DNA of 59,346 nt, filler included, from 9 parts of 9 records of this genome joined end to end with filler, not necessarily neighbours in it; one strand, 5' to 3'; shown: positions 45,650 to 57,510, counted from the first letter of the whole stretch. The notes: a model not told the origin generated them from the sequence alone. A program made the numbers and translations.

Positions 45650-45682
45650 GAAACCTCCAATTTATTTTGGGGGTTTCTTTTT
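45650..45682 (+). terminator. Intrinsic terminator
   Basis: GAAACCTCCAA / TTGGGGGTTTC followed by TTTTT. Confidence 0.8.
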
Positions 45683-45950
45683 ATAGGCTTTTAGTCCTGA
45701 AAAAATAATTTATATAGGACTTTAGGTTTACAAAGGACTTGTAGCTGGGTATAATTGTATTAAGAAGTTGTGGTGTTTGAGCAACTAATGATGATTCTTT
45801 AGCGAGGTATCTTTTTATCATTGGTGCAATATAGAGAGACGTGCGGAAACNNNNNNNNNNNNNNNNNNNNNNNNNNNNNNNNNNNNNNNNNNNNTTAATT
45901 AATTAANNNNNNNNNNNNNNNNNNNNNNNNNNNNNNNNNNNNNNNNNNNN

Positions 45951-45980
45951 TTTGTTAGGGATTTGTTAGGGATTTGTTAG
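45951..45980. repeat. 11-bp tandem repeat (TTTGTTAGGGA), about 2.7 copies, at contig start
   Basis: TTTGTTAGGGA TTTGTTAGGGA TTTGTTAG. Confidence 0.7.
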
Positions 45981-46147
45981 AAATTTTTGAGAGATGTTAA
46001 TGGTGAAGTATGTGGTGTGATATTTGCTTTATATGAAGATTTTGTTTGTACGGAATTTGTACAGTATAATTTTTGATGTGATTTCAAAGCTCACAAATGG
46101 TAATTTTTTAATACCCGATTCCTGATCAGTAAAAACGGCGGTTAGGT

Positions 46148-49137
46148 TTATGAGAATGATGGGATGAAGAGAGTCACTTTGTTTCGACCTGTCTTTTTGG
46201 ATCGGTAGAGGGCTTCATCCGCTCGCGATACAATGGACTCGATGGAATCATTTTTGGAATATGCGGCTGCGCCGAAGCTGGCCGTTTGATATCCGGCATC
46301 TGAGAAGTTGAATTGTTCGATGGTCACCCTGATATTTTCTGCGGCATCGACAATGCCCACCTCATCCGTATGGGGGCAAACCACAAGAAATTCCTCACCG
46401 CCCCACCGTCCTGCCGTGTCCACTTTTCTGGTGTAATCACTGAGTATTTTGGAAAGTTCGATCAAGAGTTTGTCTCCCACCGGATGTCCGTAGGTATCGT
46501 TGACCCGTTTGAAGTGGTCGATATCCATCATGATCACCCCAAAACAGCTCCCATACCGCTCCGCCCGATCCAGTTCATATTTCATGACGGATTCAAGCTT
46601 GACCCGGTTGTAAAGCCCGGTCAACCGATCCGTAATGGAGAGTCGCTTCAGCTCTCTGTTTTTCTCTTCCAAGGCCAGTTGAGCCTGTTCGAGTTGATGA
46701 AGGGCAACCTCGGTTTTCTTTTTGGTTTGTTGTAATTTTCGGTTCCACCATAAAATCCAACAAATGATAAAACCGGCGGCAATCACCGTTTTCCATATCG
46801 GGCCGTAATCCGTCTTTTCAATGGTTTGCACGGAAAACCACCTTTGCTGAATCTCTGCGTGTTCCTTTGGTGGGATCATGCGGTATCCTTTACTCAGAAT
46901 GGATGGAAGCGGGTTTAGTCGGTTGGGGGCAATAAAACGATAGTCTAAATTTCCATATTTTGTTGGAGCGGAAACTTTGAGGTTATCCATGAAACCGAAT
47001 TCCATCATGTAGTTGGCAATGGCCAGGTTTCCAACATACGCATCTGCTTTTTCTTCGTTCACCAGACGCAGTGCCTCTTTTGAGTTGGCGGCATTGACAA
47101 TGTCGATGTCAGGATAGTCCTGCGCCAACCATTTGGTGATTAGACATCCTTTTTCCATGGCGACTTTTTTTCCTTCCAAATCCTCCAACTTCCCAAAGAA
47201 GATGTTGTTTTTGTTTGTAATGATCATCAGAGGATATGACAGATAGGTGTCCCCAAAGGTAAGATACTGCTCCCTTTCGGGGCTTTTGATCAAATAGAGA
47301 AGTGTATCAAATAGAGCGGACGCGCCTTCATCTTCAAGGATGTTTAACTCTTCGGTCAACGTTGCGTCGAAGGAGACAAACTCTGCAGTAAACCCAATTT
47401 TTTTTGCAATTGATTTGATGTATTCAACAGCGATACCTTCCGGAGCATCTTTTTTTAAAAATTCAAATGGAGGACGATCAGGTCTCACCCTGAATCGAAT
47501 GGTGGGGTGGGAATCTAAAAATGCTTTTTCCTCTAGGGTCAAGTGATTGGGATCGTCATGGCGAACGGATACACTAATCCATTTATTGAGGATTTGTTGA
47601 TGGTCTTCGGGAGAGATGGATTGAGTCGCCTTTTCAAATATCGATTTCAGTAATGGCTCGTCGTTTCGCGTGCCAATGCCGAGCTCCCAGCTCTCATTGA
47701 ACTTTCCACTGATTTTCAACTGCCCGATATACTCCTGCTGAATGTGATATCCAACAGTGGCCAATGTACCGATAAATCCGTACAGCTCTCCTTTCCATAC
47801 CTGGTTCAGCCCTTCATTGATATTGTCTACATCGATCAGATTTATATTCGGGTATCTGTTTCTAAGAATATGAGCATAGGAATAATTTTTTACGATTCCA
47901 ATACGTTTTTGGGTGACGGCGCTGATATTGGGTATCCAATCCCGATGAATCTCCGTGGCAATGACAAGGGGGGTCTTGACATAGGGTGTCGTGAAGTCAA
48001 GATACGCGCATCTTTCGGGGGTGGGCATGACCAAAGAAAAAATGTCGCACTTTCGTTGTTTTCCCAATTCAAGGGATTCTGTCCAGGTTTTTGTGGGAAC
48101 CATTTGAATGGGGATACCGATGGCGGTTTCAAAAAGCTTGAAGTAATCTGCCGTCATACCGATGTGTTGCCCATTGTCATTTTTTTCAAAAGGCATCCAG
48201 ATCGGGTCGATGCACATTTTAATGACCCCTTTGTTTTTCAGATAGGCGCTTTCCTGAGGGGTTGGATCGATGGAGAGTTGACGGGTATGGGCGTTATTGA
48301 TATCGAACATCCATTTTTGTTTGAGTCGGGATCTCTCCTCGGAAGAAATGGCCATGTTCGCTTTTTCCAGGATGGATTTTAAAACGAAATTTCCCTTGGC
48401 AACTCCCATGGGGAGTTCTGTTTTTTTCGGGAGCCCTAAATCATTGACATCAATGATTTTAAGATTGCTTCGCCAGTCGTTTCGGATGTGGTAATTGAGG
48501 GTGGGTAAGCTACCAATGACGCCAAAGGCTTTTTCTTGTGAAATGGCATCGATGGCCTGGCTGGTGCTTTGAGTCAATAAAAGGTCGATCTCCGGAAAGT
48601 TGTTTTTGAGATAGTTGTGGAGGAAGGTTTTTTGGGTGACTGCGATTGTTTTTCCCCTCAACCCTTTCATCGAGGTGATGGACGCGGTCTGCCGAATGGC
48701 AAATCCCGTTAAATAGGTGATGTGGTTGAAGTTGGTAAAATCGATATAAGACGTTCTTTCATTGTTGACGGCGATGTGGGGAATAAGGTCCAGTTGTCCG
48801 TTTTTCAGTAACTCCAGGTAGCGGGGCCATGGCTTTCCACCGATGAATTTGATTGTCACGCCGAGAACGGTACCCATCAGTTGCATATATTCTACGGTGT
48901 ATCCTGCGGGGTTACCATTATCAATAAAATTAAAGGGGGAAAACCGTCCAGATTGGCCACGGTCAATGTTGGATGGTGGTTTAAATAATATCTTTCGGTT
49001 GGGGTCAGATCCAGCTCCACTGCAGGGGCGGCAGAAGTAGGAAAAAATGAGGGAAAAACTGTGAGGAAGAAAATGAGAAGGGATAATTTATAAATATATT
49101 TCAACGCAATATCCGTTTTACTGTTGATACGTCCCAT
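46148..49137 (-). CDS. Diguanylate cyclase with three family-3 solute-binding domains, frameshift near 48935
   Basis: Signal region in ORF 48892..49137 joins 46148..48886; three L(T)..E..(Y/F)L..H-type SBP repeats; TM; TDRLTGLYNR, DIDHFKRVND, RWGGEEF. Confidence 0.88.
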
Positions 49138-49371
49138 GTTGTCTAACTGTGTTGTCTACTGTCTAACCGGCTGATTTCAAGTATCAAGTAAGTTCCCGGT
49201 ATCGAATTTCGTTTATTATCACAAAATCTAATGTTTGTGACTAAATTTTTTACACCTTTTGAACATGGGCAGCATCGACGGATGTCACGGATAGCAACTA
49301 TTATCAGGTTAAATTGGTTGACGGGTGGCGTTGGGTTTTCTTTTTCAATTTGTCCATAAATTTGAAAATCG

Positions 49372-50306
49372 TCAATTGTTTTTGGTCTTGGCTGCGATAA
49401 TGTCGTGGATGGGTCGATAATTTTCATCGGTCACTTCCACAAAATTCACCATTCCCATATTGTTGAGCATTTGCATCACCTGTGGGGCGGATGAGAACAT
49501 CACGCGTTTGATTTTCGCTTTTACGGCGTCATCGACACCGGCACTGAAGACAAAGGGGTCATAGTGAATGGGGTGGGATTGCCAAAGAACTTTTACCTGT
49601 TCCGCAGAGAGATCCCCTTGAATATCGCTTCATCGATCCGGGCGGAGGAAACAAATGCTCCATCTACCCGATTGCGAACAACGGCTTGGATGGAGCGATC
49701 ATGGGAGCCGGTATAGATCAATGTGCGGAAAAATTCATTCAGCGGTTTTCCAATCCGTTTGGAGAAGGCCATTTGGGGAATCACCGAGCCGGATGTGCTG
49801 GATGGATCGGTAAAGGCGATTTTTTTTCCTTTTAAGCTTTCAATGGAGTTGAATTCCAAATTCTTGAGTGTAAAGAGAACGGAATGGTAGTAGCTGCCCC
49901 GGGGGGTGAGAAATCCTTTTTTCCGGGCAAGGGATGCAAAGGCCTCTATTTCGTTATCTCTTGCCTTTGCTTTGGCATAGGCAGCCGGGCCTAAGATGGC
50001 AAAATCGATTTCCCTGGAGAGGATGCCTTCAATGACGGCATGGTACGATTTGGGGCGAATGATATGAATCGGTCGATTCAGCGTCTCTTCCAGAAGATCA
50101 AATAGGGGGATCATTTCTTTAAACTGTTGATCCACATTTTTCGTGGGAACAAGGGAAAAGTTAAGCGGGGACTTTGGGGATTGTTCCGTGTCTGTTTCAG
50201 TTGCCAAAGCAGGCGCTGCAGACTTGAAAAAGATGGTCATGGATAGATACGAAAACAGTAGAAATGGAACAAACAGGGGAATACGGTGTTTGAATCGGGG
50301 TGTCAT
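49372..50306 (-). CDS. PhnD/PtxB-like phosphate/phosphite/phosphonate-binding protein, frameshift near 49610
   Basis: SYHAVIEG, AFTDPSSTSG, GSHDRSI; C-terminus read manually (VLWQSHPIHYDPF...ENYRPIHDII) to stop at 49372. Confidence 0.82.
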
Positions 50307-52590
50307 GCGGCAAGACTCCTGACTGGGCTGATAATGAATTCACGAATATTTTTTTCCGGTACCGGTCTGCTGAAGAAATATCCCTGCACCTGATCACATC
50401 CGGCCACTTTGAGATTGATCAGCTGCTCATGGGTCTCCACCCCTTCGGCAACAACGGTTAAATTCAGTTTTTTCGCAAGCATGATGGTAGAGGATACAAT
50501 GGGATTATCCAATCGCGCATTTCGAATATCCTGGACAAAGCTGCGGTCTATCTTGAGGGTATTGATGGGCAGGGATCGGATGTGATCGAGGCTTGAGAAG
50601 CCTTTACCGAAGTCGTCTAAAGCAATTTTGACACCGCCGGAGAAGAGGGCGTTCAAGTTGCTGATGACGATGTCCGGCTTTTCAATAAATGCATTTTCCG
50701 TGATTTCAATTTCAATGGCATCCGGTTTTAATTGAAACCGGGAAAGGGTTTGAAAAAAACGGGCGGCATATGTGGGATCTTTCAATTCCCGGGGGAGACG
50801 TTCACGGCAACGGGGACGATTTCAATCCCCCGGCGTTGCCATTGACGCTGCTGGCGGCAGGCGCTGTTCAGCACCCATAGATCCAGATCGACAATCAGGC
50901 CGGTCTCTTCCGCAATCTCGATAAAGTCCGATGGGAAGATCAGCTGACCGTTCGGATGTTCCCATCGAATCAGGCTCTCCAACCCGATCACCCGATAGTC
51001 ATCCAATCGTACCTTGGGTTGATAGTGGAGGACAAACTCATCATTTGCAATGGCTGCAGGCATCCGCTGCTCCAACTCGAATTTTTGGATGGAGACGGTG
51101 TTGAGGCTGGCATCGAAGAAGCTGTAACGCCCCCTGCCGGATTGTTTGGATTGATACATGGCCGCATCGGCATGAAGGAGCAGGGTGTCGATATCGGCTC
51201 CGTCTCTGGGGTAGACGGCAATCCCGATGCTTGGACTGGTGTTGATCCGATGACCGTCCAGGTTTTCGCACGGCTTGGATATTTCGGATATGATCTTTCC
51301 CGCAATGGGGGAGATGTTCTGCTCGTTGGGCATGTCCGTCAGCATGATGACAAATTCATCTCCGCCGAATCTGGCGACTATGTCGGACTCCCGGGTGCAG
51401 GCCTTGAGTCGATCGGCCACGGTTTTGAGAAGAAGATCGCCCACTCGGTGCCCCAGAGTGTCGTTTATTTTTTTGAATCGATCCAGATCGATGAACATCA
51501 CCGCATAGCTGAGCCGGTTTCGTTTGGCAAGAAGAAGGGTCTGCTCCGCCATGGTGACAAACAGGCGACGGTTGTAGAGCTCCGTCAGTGCATCCATGGA
51601 TGCGGCTTTGGTTGTCGCCTTATGTTCCAGCGCCAGCTTTTGAATCAGGGCTCTTTTTTCTCGGTTGGATGCTGAGAGGGCATGTACGTATTCATTGATC
51701 CGGTCCACCAGTTTCAGCATCAGAAACACCGCCAGCAGGCAACAGGCACTGAGAATGGTCAAGGTCCAGATCAGCTTTTGCTTATGCAGATTGAATTCCG
51801 AGAAAAATTCATTCAGCTCCTGACTGACGGATACGATGAAAGGAAACTCCCGAACCGCAAGATAAGTCAGGTGATACTTTCCCGCCCCCGATCCGGAAAA
51901 AGAGTAAATTCCTGATCCGGAGCGGTTTCGAACGGTTTCCGTCAAGGCTTGCCTGGGCAGATCGATTCCGAGGATGAGACCGCCGCTTTCAAAACATGCC
52001 AGGGAGTCCCCCGCATGGGTGTGGATCATGATTCTACCGGTTTTTCCCAGATCGATGCTTTGAAACAGGTTCAAAAGATATCCCATATCCAGTTCCAGCA
52101 GCATGGCGCCTTTTGTTCGTTCCCTTTCCATCAACGGGGCCAGAAAATGGATTTGAAAGAGGCTTTCGGCAACGTCATTGTCGGAAAAGACGAATTGTGG
52201 GATGCCGCTGTCAATGACGTGATGGATGTGTTCTTTAAATTCTCTTTTTTGTTTTGTGCTTTTGAAAAGGGGGGAGGATTGATAAAAGCGCTCGCCGTTC
52301 TTCTGGTACAGGACCACCCGCGTAAAGGTTCTTTCGCCATAAAGAAATGCCGTGATGTCATCCAGGCTCTTTTGCTGAAAATCAGTGAGCCATCGCAGGG
52401 CGAACAACTCGAGGATCTGTTTTTGACTGACGATCTGATACAGATTTTCAGCCAGTACACCGGTCAAATTGTTCTGCTGACGCTTTAACTCATCCAAAAG
52501 GGTAGTTTTGTTCCGTTGCAGCTGTTGGTACATCACTCCCCAGGATATTATAATTGTTACGGTTCCGAAAAGGATCAGCCCGATTTTCAA
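50303..52590 (-). CDS. Membrane Cache-like GGDEF-EAL protein, frameshift near 50790; true start possibly ATG 52703 with another frameshift
   Basis: Two TM helices flanking a periplasmic domain, ARFGGDEF, YQPK, ESLIRW, VNVS|, EITE, DDFGKGFSS, KIDRSF, AEGVE, QGY. Confidence 0.87.
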
Positions 52591-53051
52591 AATAGTATGG
52601 TTGGCGGACCTTTTCTTTTTTTACGGCCCGAGTAAAGTGTCGTGACTGCTTTTGAACTCCGGCGGATATGATTTAAGTGTTCCCCGATTGTGTCAAATTG
52701 CATTGTTTCAGTGTATTGCATCTCTATGTTTATCAATATTGCATAATATTTGTTGCATGCCATCCGTCAGGATCAGAATGAAAAAAAGGTTATAAAAAAA
52801 ATGACCTGAAATAACAATAGATGGGTGGAGAAAACGCCTGAATTCGTGTGATTTTAATGCAATCCTAACAAATTGAATGGGAGTGAAGATAAAAAAATAA
52901 AAATTGGGCAAAATGTTGCTTAGGAACCGGTCTTAAATAACTTGCCNNNNNNNNNNNNNNNNNNNNNNNNNNNNNNNNNNNNNNNNNNNNTTAATTAATT
53001 AANNNNNNNNNNNNNNNNNNNNNNNNNNNNNNNNNNNNNNNNNNNNTTTTT

Positions 53052-54782
53052 TTATTTAACTACAATGCTAACCCTCATATTAGAGTCAATATCATCTAAT
53101 GTAAAGCTTCCATTTCCATCAACACTTCCAACGTGATATAGTAAATTAGATGTGTTTGATAGAGTTGCCTCCAAATCACCACTATAAATTTTTGGCCCCG
53201 CTAAATCTTCATATGTATAGTTATTCAAATCGATTGACCCAAGTTTATAAACCTCCCCGTTTTCTTCTGAGGTAAACCACGTATCGTTACTTAGTTTCAT
53301 TCCTTCCGGTGCTTTAGTAAATTCAGATAATAAGTTTGATACTGCAAATTTATGAAAAACATCCTCAAAATCATATTGCGAATAACCAAGTTCAGCCAAG
53401 GCATTTGTAACAGCCTCTGTATCAGTTTCACTATTTTGAACCACTGCCTTTATAAAATCAGCACCACCAAAATTTCTAATCAAGTAGGCTCCAAATGCAT
53501 AATTTATAGAATAATCTCCTAGTGTCCCTGACCACTCTGTTAATGTATTCGTATTTAAAAAATTATAGTATGGAAGCCTTCCATTTCCATTATTTTTTGA
53601 TCCACTTGTTTTATCATCGCCATTTATTCCTCTTGGACCTAAATTATTTGACTTTGACGACACTAGATCTTGTATTGCCATTGAGCACAATTCATTCAAC
53701 CAAGTTTTTGATGACGAACCATTCAATGCATATTTCTGATAAAAATTAATCAAATGTTGAAACTCATGTGCAACTGTTGAAATCATCACTTGCTGGTATT
53801 TTCCTTCTATACTCCAACTACTATCTTCTGTTTTAACAAATAATGGTGCGTCAATATTGAGCATAACCCTTTCATTTGAAGTACTATAAAAATACTGCAA
53901 AAAATTATCTCTTCCATAAAAATAACCATAGGTTTTCGCTCCACTTTCTAAACCGTCATTATCAATATCGAACAACAAAATATCTATCTCATCTGTTTCA
54001 TCCATTAAAAATAAGTTGCTGTGACTTCCCCAATGAGAACCGCATATATTTGTTACCCATTCAAATATATCATTATTATCACCTGGTTTTAAAAATTTAT
54101 ATGCCAATTCACTAACCATGGTTTGTGTCACAGGATATTCGCTATGATTCCAAAAGTCGTCTGCTACCCAAACATTTAAGCTTACACCATTTGCTGTCAC
54201 TACTTTCCTATTAGTTGCAGAAACAACGTTGTTATCTGAATCATAAAAATCTTTTGTCTCACCAAGAAATGAAGAACTACTTCTCGATATAGAACTTTGC
54301 ATTATACTCTTTGAAATTTTTGAAGTTACTCCCTCTATAACTGGATTCTCATTAAATTTATTTACTTTTTCATTCTCTTTCTTCTCATAAACCTCATCTT
54401 CTTCACTACTAATCACATTTTTAGACACGTTTAATATACTGTCTGGCTGTATAACCTTGCTCGAACTCATGCTAGTTGAAATGCTTGGAGATACTAAAGT
54501 AGAATCATCATTTGGATTTGTTAACACAACATAGACATCTCTTTCATCCTCTGTTGAGACTGTAAAATCTAAGTTTCCATTATGACTTGTTACCTCAATA
54601 ACTTCCGCACCGGTATTTTTGTTGATACTTACATTAATTAATTCATCACTTGTTTCTTCACATACAACATCCCCATTTAGGCTAAAATTAATAAAGCCAA
54701 CTGATGGCTTGTCACTTCCAACATCATCACACCCAGTTAATAGCAAACAAAATAATATCCCTAGTATTTTTTTGACTGTCAT
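53052..54782 (-). CDS. M30 (hyicolysin-like) zinc metallopeptidase lipoprotein, paralog 1
   Basis: Lipobox LTGC; GYFYGRDNF, STVAHEFQHLINF, WLNELCS, YAFGAYLIRNFGG. Confidence 0.85.
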   Translation of the reverse strand: MTVKKILGILFCLLLTGCDDVGSDKPSVGFINFSLNGDVVCEETSDELINVSINKNTGAEVIEVTSHNGNLDFTVSTEDERDVYVVLTNPNDDSTLVSPSISTSMSSSKVIQPDSILNVSKNVISSEEDEVYEKKENEKVNKFNENPVIEGVTSKISKSIMQSSISRSSSSFLGETKDFYDSDNNVVSATNRKVVTANGVSLNVWVADDFWNHSEYPVTQTMVSELAYKFLKPGDNNDIFEWVTNICGSHWGSHSNLFLMDETDEIDILLFDIDNDGLESGAKTYGYFYGRDNFLQYFYSTSNERVMLNIDAPLFVKTEDSSWSIEGKYQQVMISTVAHEFQHLINFYQKYALNGSSSKTWLNELCSMAIQDLVSSKSNNLGPRGINGDDKTSGSKNNGNGRLPYYNFLNTNTLTEWSGTLGDYSINYAFGAYLIRNFGGADFIKAVVQNSETDTEAVTNALAELGYSQYDFEDVFHKFAVSNLLSEFTKAPEGMKLSNDTWFTSEENGEVYKLGSIDLNNYTYEDLAGPKIYSGDLEATLSNTSNLLYHVGSVDGNGSFTLDDIDSNMRVSIVVK

Positions 54783-54950
54783 ATCCCTTCCCTTTCGTAT
54801 AATTTATTCAAAACCCTAGTTTTAATTATAACACATTTTTAATTGCTTTTGTAATTAAAATAAGTGGTCAATTTCCGAATCAGCCACCAGTTTTCAGACG
54901 TGTGATCTGCTTTTACTTAATAGATTCATTATAAGAAATTTCAAAAAAAT

Positions 54951-54999
54951 AGCGGGTGACCAACAAGTTAATTTTTAACTAACTTATTGGTCACCTGCT
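54951..54999 (-). terminator. Long-stem intrinsic terminator
   Basis: AGCGGGTGACCAACAAGTTA / TAACTTATTGGTCACCTGCT with U-tract on minus. Confidence 0.75.
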
Positions 55000-55010
55000 C
55001 TAATATATAG

Positions 55011-55487
55011 TTACTTTTTTAAAAATTTTAATGGATTTTCATTAAACTCTTGAACTTTAATGTTATCTTTTTTTCTATAGTATATATTCTCTTCTGTATT
55101 TACTTTTTCTATTTTTACATATGCGTTCCCAGTCTCCGATTCATCTAATATCATTATCTGAATATTATATTTATTCACCTTTTCAAATAGCTCTAATAGG
55201 ATTGGTTTTTCATTTAGAGATTTTTCTACAACTCTGTCCATAGTTTCATTATAAACTAATATAACCGGGGAGACTGTTGGCTGTCCGTATATTTTTGATT
55301 TAACACCAGATACTGACACGGTATACAGAGCATTCTCTCCCTCAATTTCATACCAATACACATTTTTTTTATTATTAAACTCCAATTCTTCCCACTGTTT
55401 TTCTCCAACAAAGCTAACTCTCTTGATGGAATCAGCAAAAGAAGATATAGAAAATATAATTAGTAGTAGCAAAACAAGTTTTTTCAT
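55011..55487 (-). CDS. Secreted protein with predicted beta-rich domain and C-terminal M30-propeptide-like motif
   Basis: Signal peptide MKKLVLLLLIIFSISSFA; GAGGGGG RBS 12 nt after upstream stop; ends KKDNIKVQEFNENPLKFLKK. Confidence 0.8.
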   Translation of the reverse strand: MKKLVLLLLIIFSISSFADSIKRVSFVGEKQWEELEFNNKKNVYWYEIEGENALYTVSVSGVKSKIYGQPTVSPVILVYNETMDRVVEKSLNEKPILLELFEKVNKYNIQIMILDESETGNAYVKIEKVNTEENIYYRKKDNIKVQEFNENPLKFLKK

Positions 55488-55499
55488 TTTTGTCCCCCT

Positions 55500-57269
55500 C
55501 TATTTAATAACTATCGATACTTTAATATCATCATCAATGTTATCAATTACGTACCTTTCCGACCCAGATATATCATTTCCAGCCTTATAGTAGGTATTAG
55601 ACGTTGCATAAAATCGGCTTGGAAGACTAGAGTATACGTACGGTCCTTGTGAAGAATTATAAGTGTAGTTATACAGATTAATAGAGCCAAGACTGTACTC
55701 TTCACCATTTAAAGTAGAGCTAAACCATGTTCCACTATTAAGCTCCATATTAGTCGGTGCATCTGTAAAGTTGGACAGTAGATTCGCAGTTCCAAATTTA
55801 TTTAACACAGTATCAAAGTCATAGGAAGAATAACCCGTTTCGGCCAATGCATCTGTTACAGCCTGGTAGTTGATTTCATCATTTTGAACTAACGTCTTAA
55901 GAAAATCAGCTCCACCAAAATTTCTAGTTAAATATGCACCAAAAGCATAATTAATTGCATAACTTTTTAACACATCACTACCTGATCCCCAGGAAGTCAA
56001 AGGTATTTCATTATAATAATTATATAGCGGTAGTCTTCCCAATGTATTGCTAGAACTTCCTGCTGTTGCATCGTCATATGTAACTCCTCTAGGCCCATCA
56101 GCTAGAATTTTCGAAGCAACTAAATCCTCTACAGCCATTGAAGCCAATTCATTTAACCAAGTTTCCGAACCATCAACATTTCCATTTTTTACGTTTTTTT
56201 GATAGAAATTAATCATATGTTGAAATTCATGTGCCAGAGTTGAAACTATCTCCTTCGGTGAGGTGTCAGTAATCTCCCATGAATCTCCCTCTTTATCTGA
56301 TAATAAAGGAGCATCTATATAGAACATAATTTTTTCATTTGTATATTCTAACTGCCAATATTCAGAGCTTGTATCTTTAACATAGTTATCTAAAGCATAG
56401 TAATAACCATAAACTCTACTCTCTCCACTTGTAGGAACTCCGTCTCCATCTAAATCAGCAAGCAATATATGAATATCTGATGTAGGATCAATTAGGTATG
56501 ATAACTGCGATGTATCATAACTTCCCCACGGCAAACCTACTATATTCGTAACCCAATCATATATATCGTTATCATCGCCACTGATCAAAAATTTATCAGC
56601 CATTGCTTCTATCATACTACTATTAACCTTACCAGTTCCACTACCATATGAGGAATCTTCCACCCATACATAAAGGTTAACGTCTCCAACTGTCACTTTT
56701 TTTCTAAGTGTAGCATCCACTTCATCTGTTCCGTTATCATTCGTTGAGCTAGTGTCAGCATAAAAAGTTAGACTGTCATTAACTGAATACGATTCCGTTC
56801 TCTCTGGTATTGATATACTCTTACTAGAGCTAAGTTTTGGACTTCCAATAAACGGATTTTCCCTAAATTCTTTTGCGGTAGGATTGTCTATTCTAGTAAC
56901 TCCGCTTATCTCAACCTCTTCTTTTCCAACTGTCTCTCCTCCACCCATTGTAGCAACTGATTTTGCATTTTTTGTAATGTTTGGAGAACTAACAGAACTT
57001 AATTTGTTTGTATTTGTAAACACAAAATATACATCTCGCGCGCTATCCGTTGAAACTGTTAAATCTATAGCCCCACTATGTTCACTTATCTCTATTATTT
57101 TATAATCTAAGGATGACGAAACACTTTCGACAATGGGATCATCTGCAGATACAGTACTTTGCTGAGTTTGTCCAGTTGAATCTGTTGTTGTTGTTCCGCT
57201 TTCCTCATTATCTCTACATGAGATAATGATTAAGCATAATAGCATCATTAATATTTGTTTTATTTTCAA
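55500..57269 (-). CDS. M30 (hyicolysin-like) zinc metallopeptidase lipoprotein, paralog 2
   Basis: TTG start after GGGGG RBS; lipobox IISC; STLAHEFQHMINF, WLNELAS, YAFGAYLTRNFGG; similar to paralog 1 along its length. Confidence 0.85.
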   Translation of the reverse strand: MKIKQILMMLLCLIIISCRDNEESGTTTTDSTGQTQQSTVSADDPIVESVSSSLDYKIIEISEHSGAIDLTVSTDSARDVYFVFTNTNKLSSVSSPNITKNAKSVATMGGGETVGKEEVEISGVTRIDNPTAKEFRENPFIGSPKLSSSKSISIPERTESYSVNDSLTFYADTSSTNDNGTDEVDATLRKKVTVGDVNLYVWVEDSSYGSGTGKVNSSMIEAMADKFLISGDDNDIYDWVTNIVGLPWGSYDTSQLSYLIDPTSDIHILLADLDGDGVPTSGESRVYGYYYALDNYVKDTSSEYWQLEYTNEKIMFYIDAPLLSDKEGDSWEITDTSPKEIVSTLAHEFQHMINFYQKNVKNGNVDGSETWLNELASMAVEDLVASKILADGPRGVTYDDATAGSSSNTLGRLPLYNYYNEIPLTSWGSGSDVLKSYAINYAFGAYLTRNFGGADFLKTLVQNDEINYQAVTDALAETGYSSYDFDTVLNKFGTANLLSNFTDAPTNMELNSGTWFSSTLNGEEYSLGSINLYNYTYNSSQGPYVYSSLPSRFYATSNTYYKAGNDISGSERYVIDNIDDDIKVSIVIK

Positions 57270-57376
57270 TGTTTTCCCCCTAATGTTTATATAATAAATC
57301 TTATTATATTCTTCCCCATATAGACATTATAAAGGATTTCTCTTAAAAAGGGAATAATTTTAGCAAAAAATACAAA

Positions 57377-57395
57377 AGCGAGGAATAAACCTCGC
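57377..57395 (-). terminator. Intrinsic terminator
   Basis: GCGAGG...CCTCGC stem with A-run on the left (U-tract on minus). Confidence 0.6.
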
Positions 57396-57400
57396 CTAAT

Positions 57401-57481
57401 CTAAAAGGATTCTAATATTTCAACTACATCCTTTAATTCTTTTTGTTTCTCTATTGGAAGAAAATCAATTGATGTTTTCAT
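57401..57481 (-). pseudogene. N-terminal remnant resembling MNT-HEPN fusion proteins
   Basis: MKTSIDFLPIEKQKELKDVVEILESF-stop, resembling the MKTSxDxLPxxKQxELxxxVEI start of nucleotidyltransferase-HEPN fusions (from memory, not searched). Confidence 0.55.
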
Positions 57482-57510
57482 AAATGTGATCCCCGATGAT
57501 GTTTTTAAGT
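57476..57510. repeat. 35-bp direct repeat, copy 1
   Basis: TTTCATAAATGTGATCCCCGATGATGTTTTTAAGT; 33/35 identical to 58534-58568. Confidence 0.9.

Noticed and set aside
45780-45850. Possible riboswitch at contig end
   Set aside because: Truncated, with no complete aptamer consensus recognisable.
45951-45980. TTAGGG-containing repeat as telomere or CRISPR
   Set aside because: 11-bp unit, under three copies, no spacers, bacterial context.
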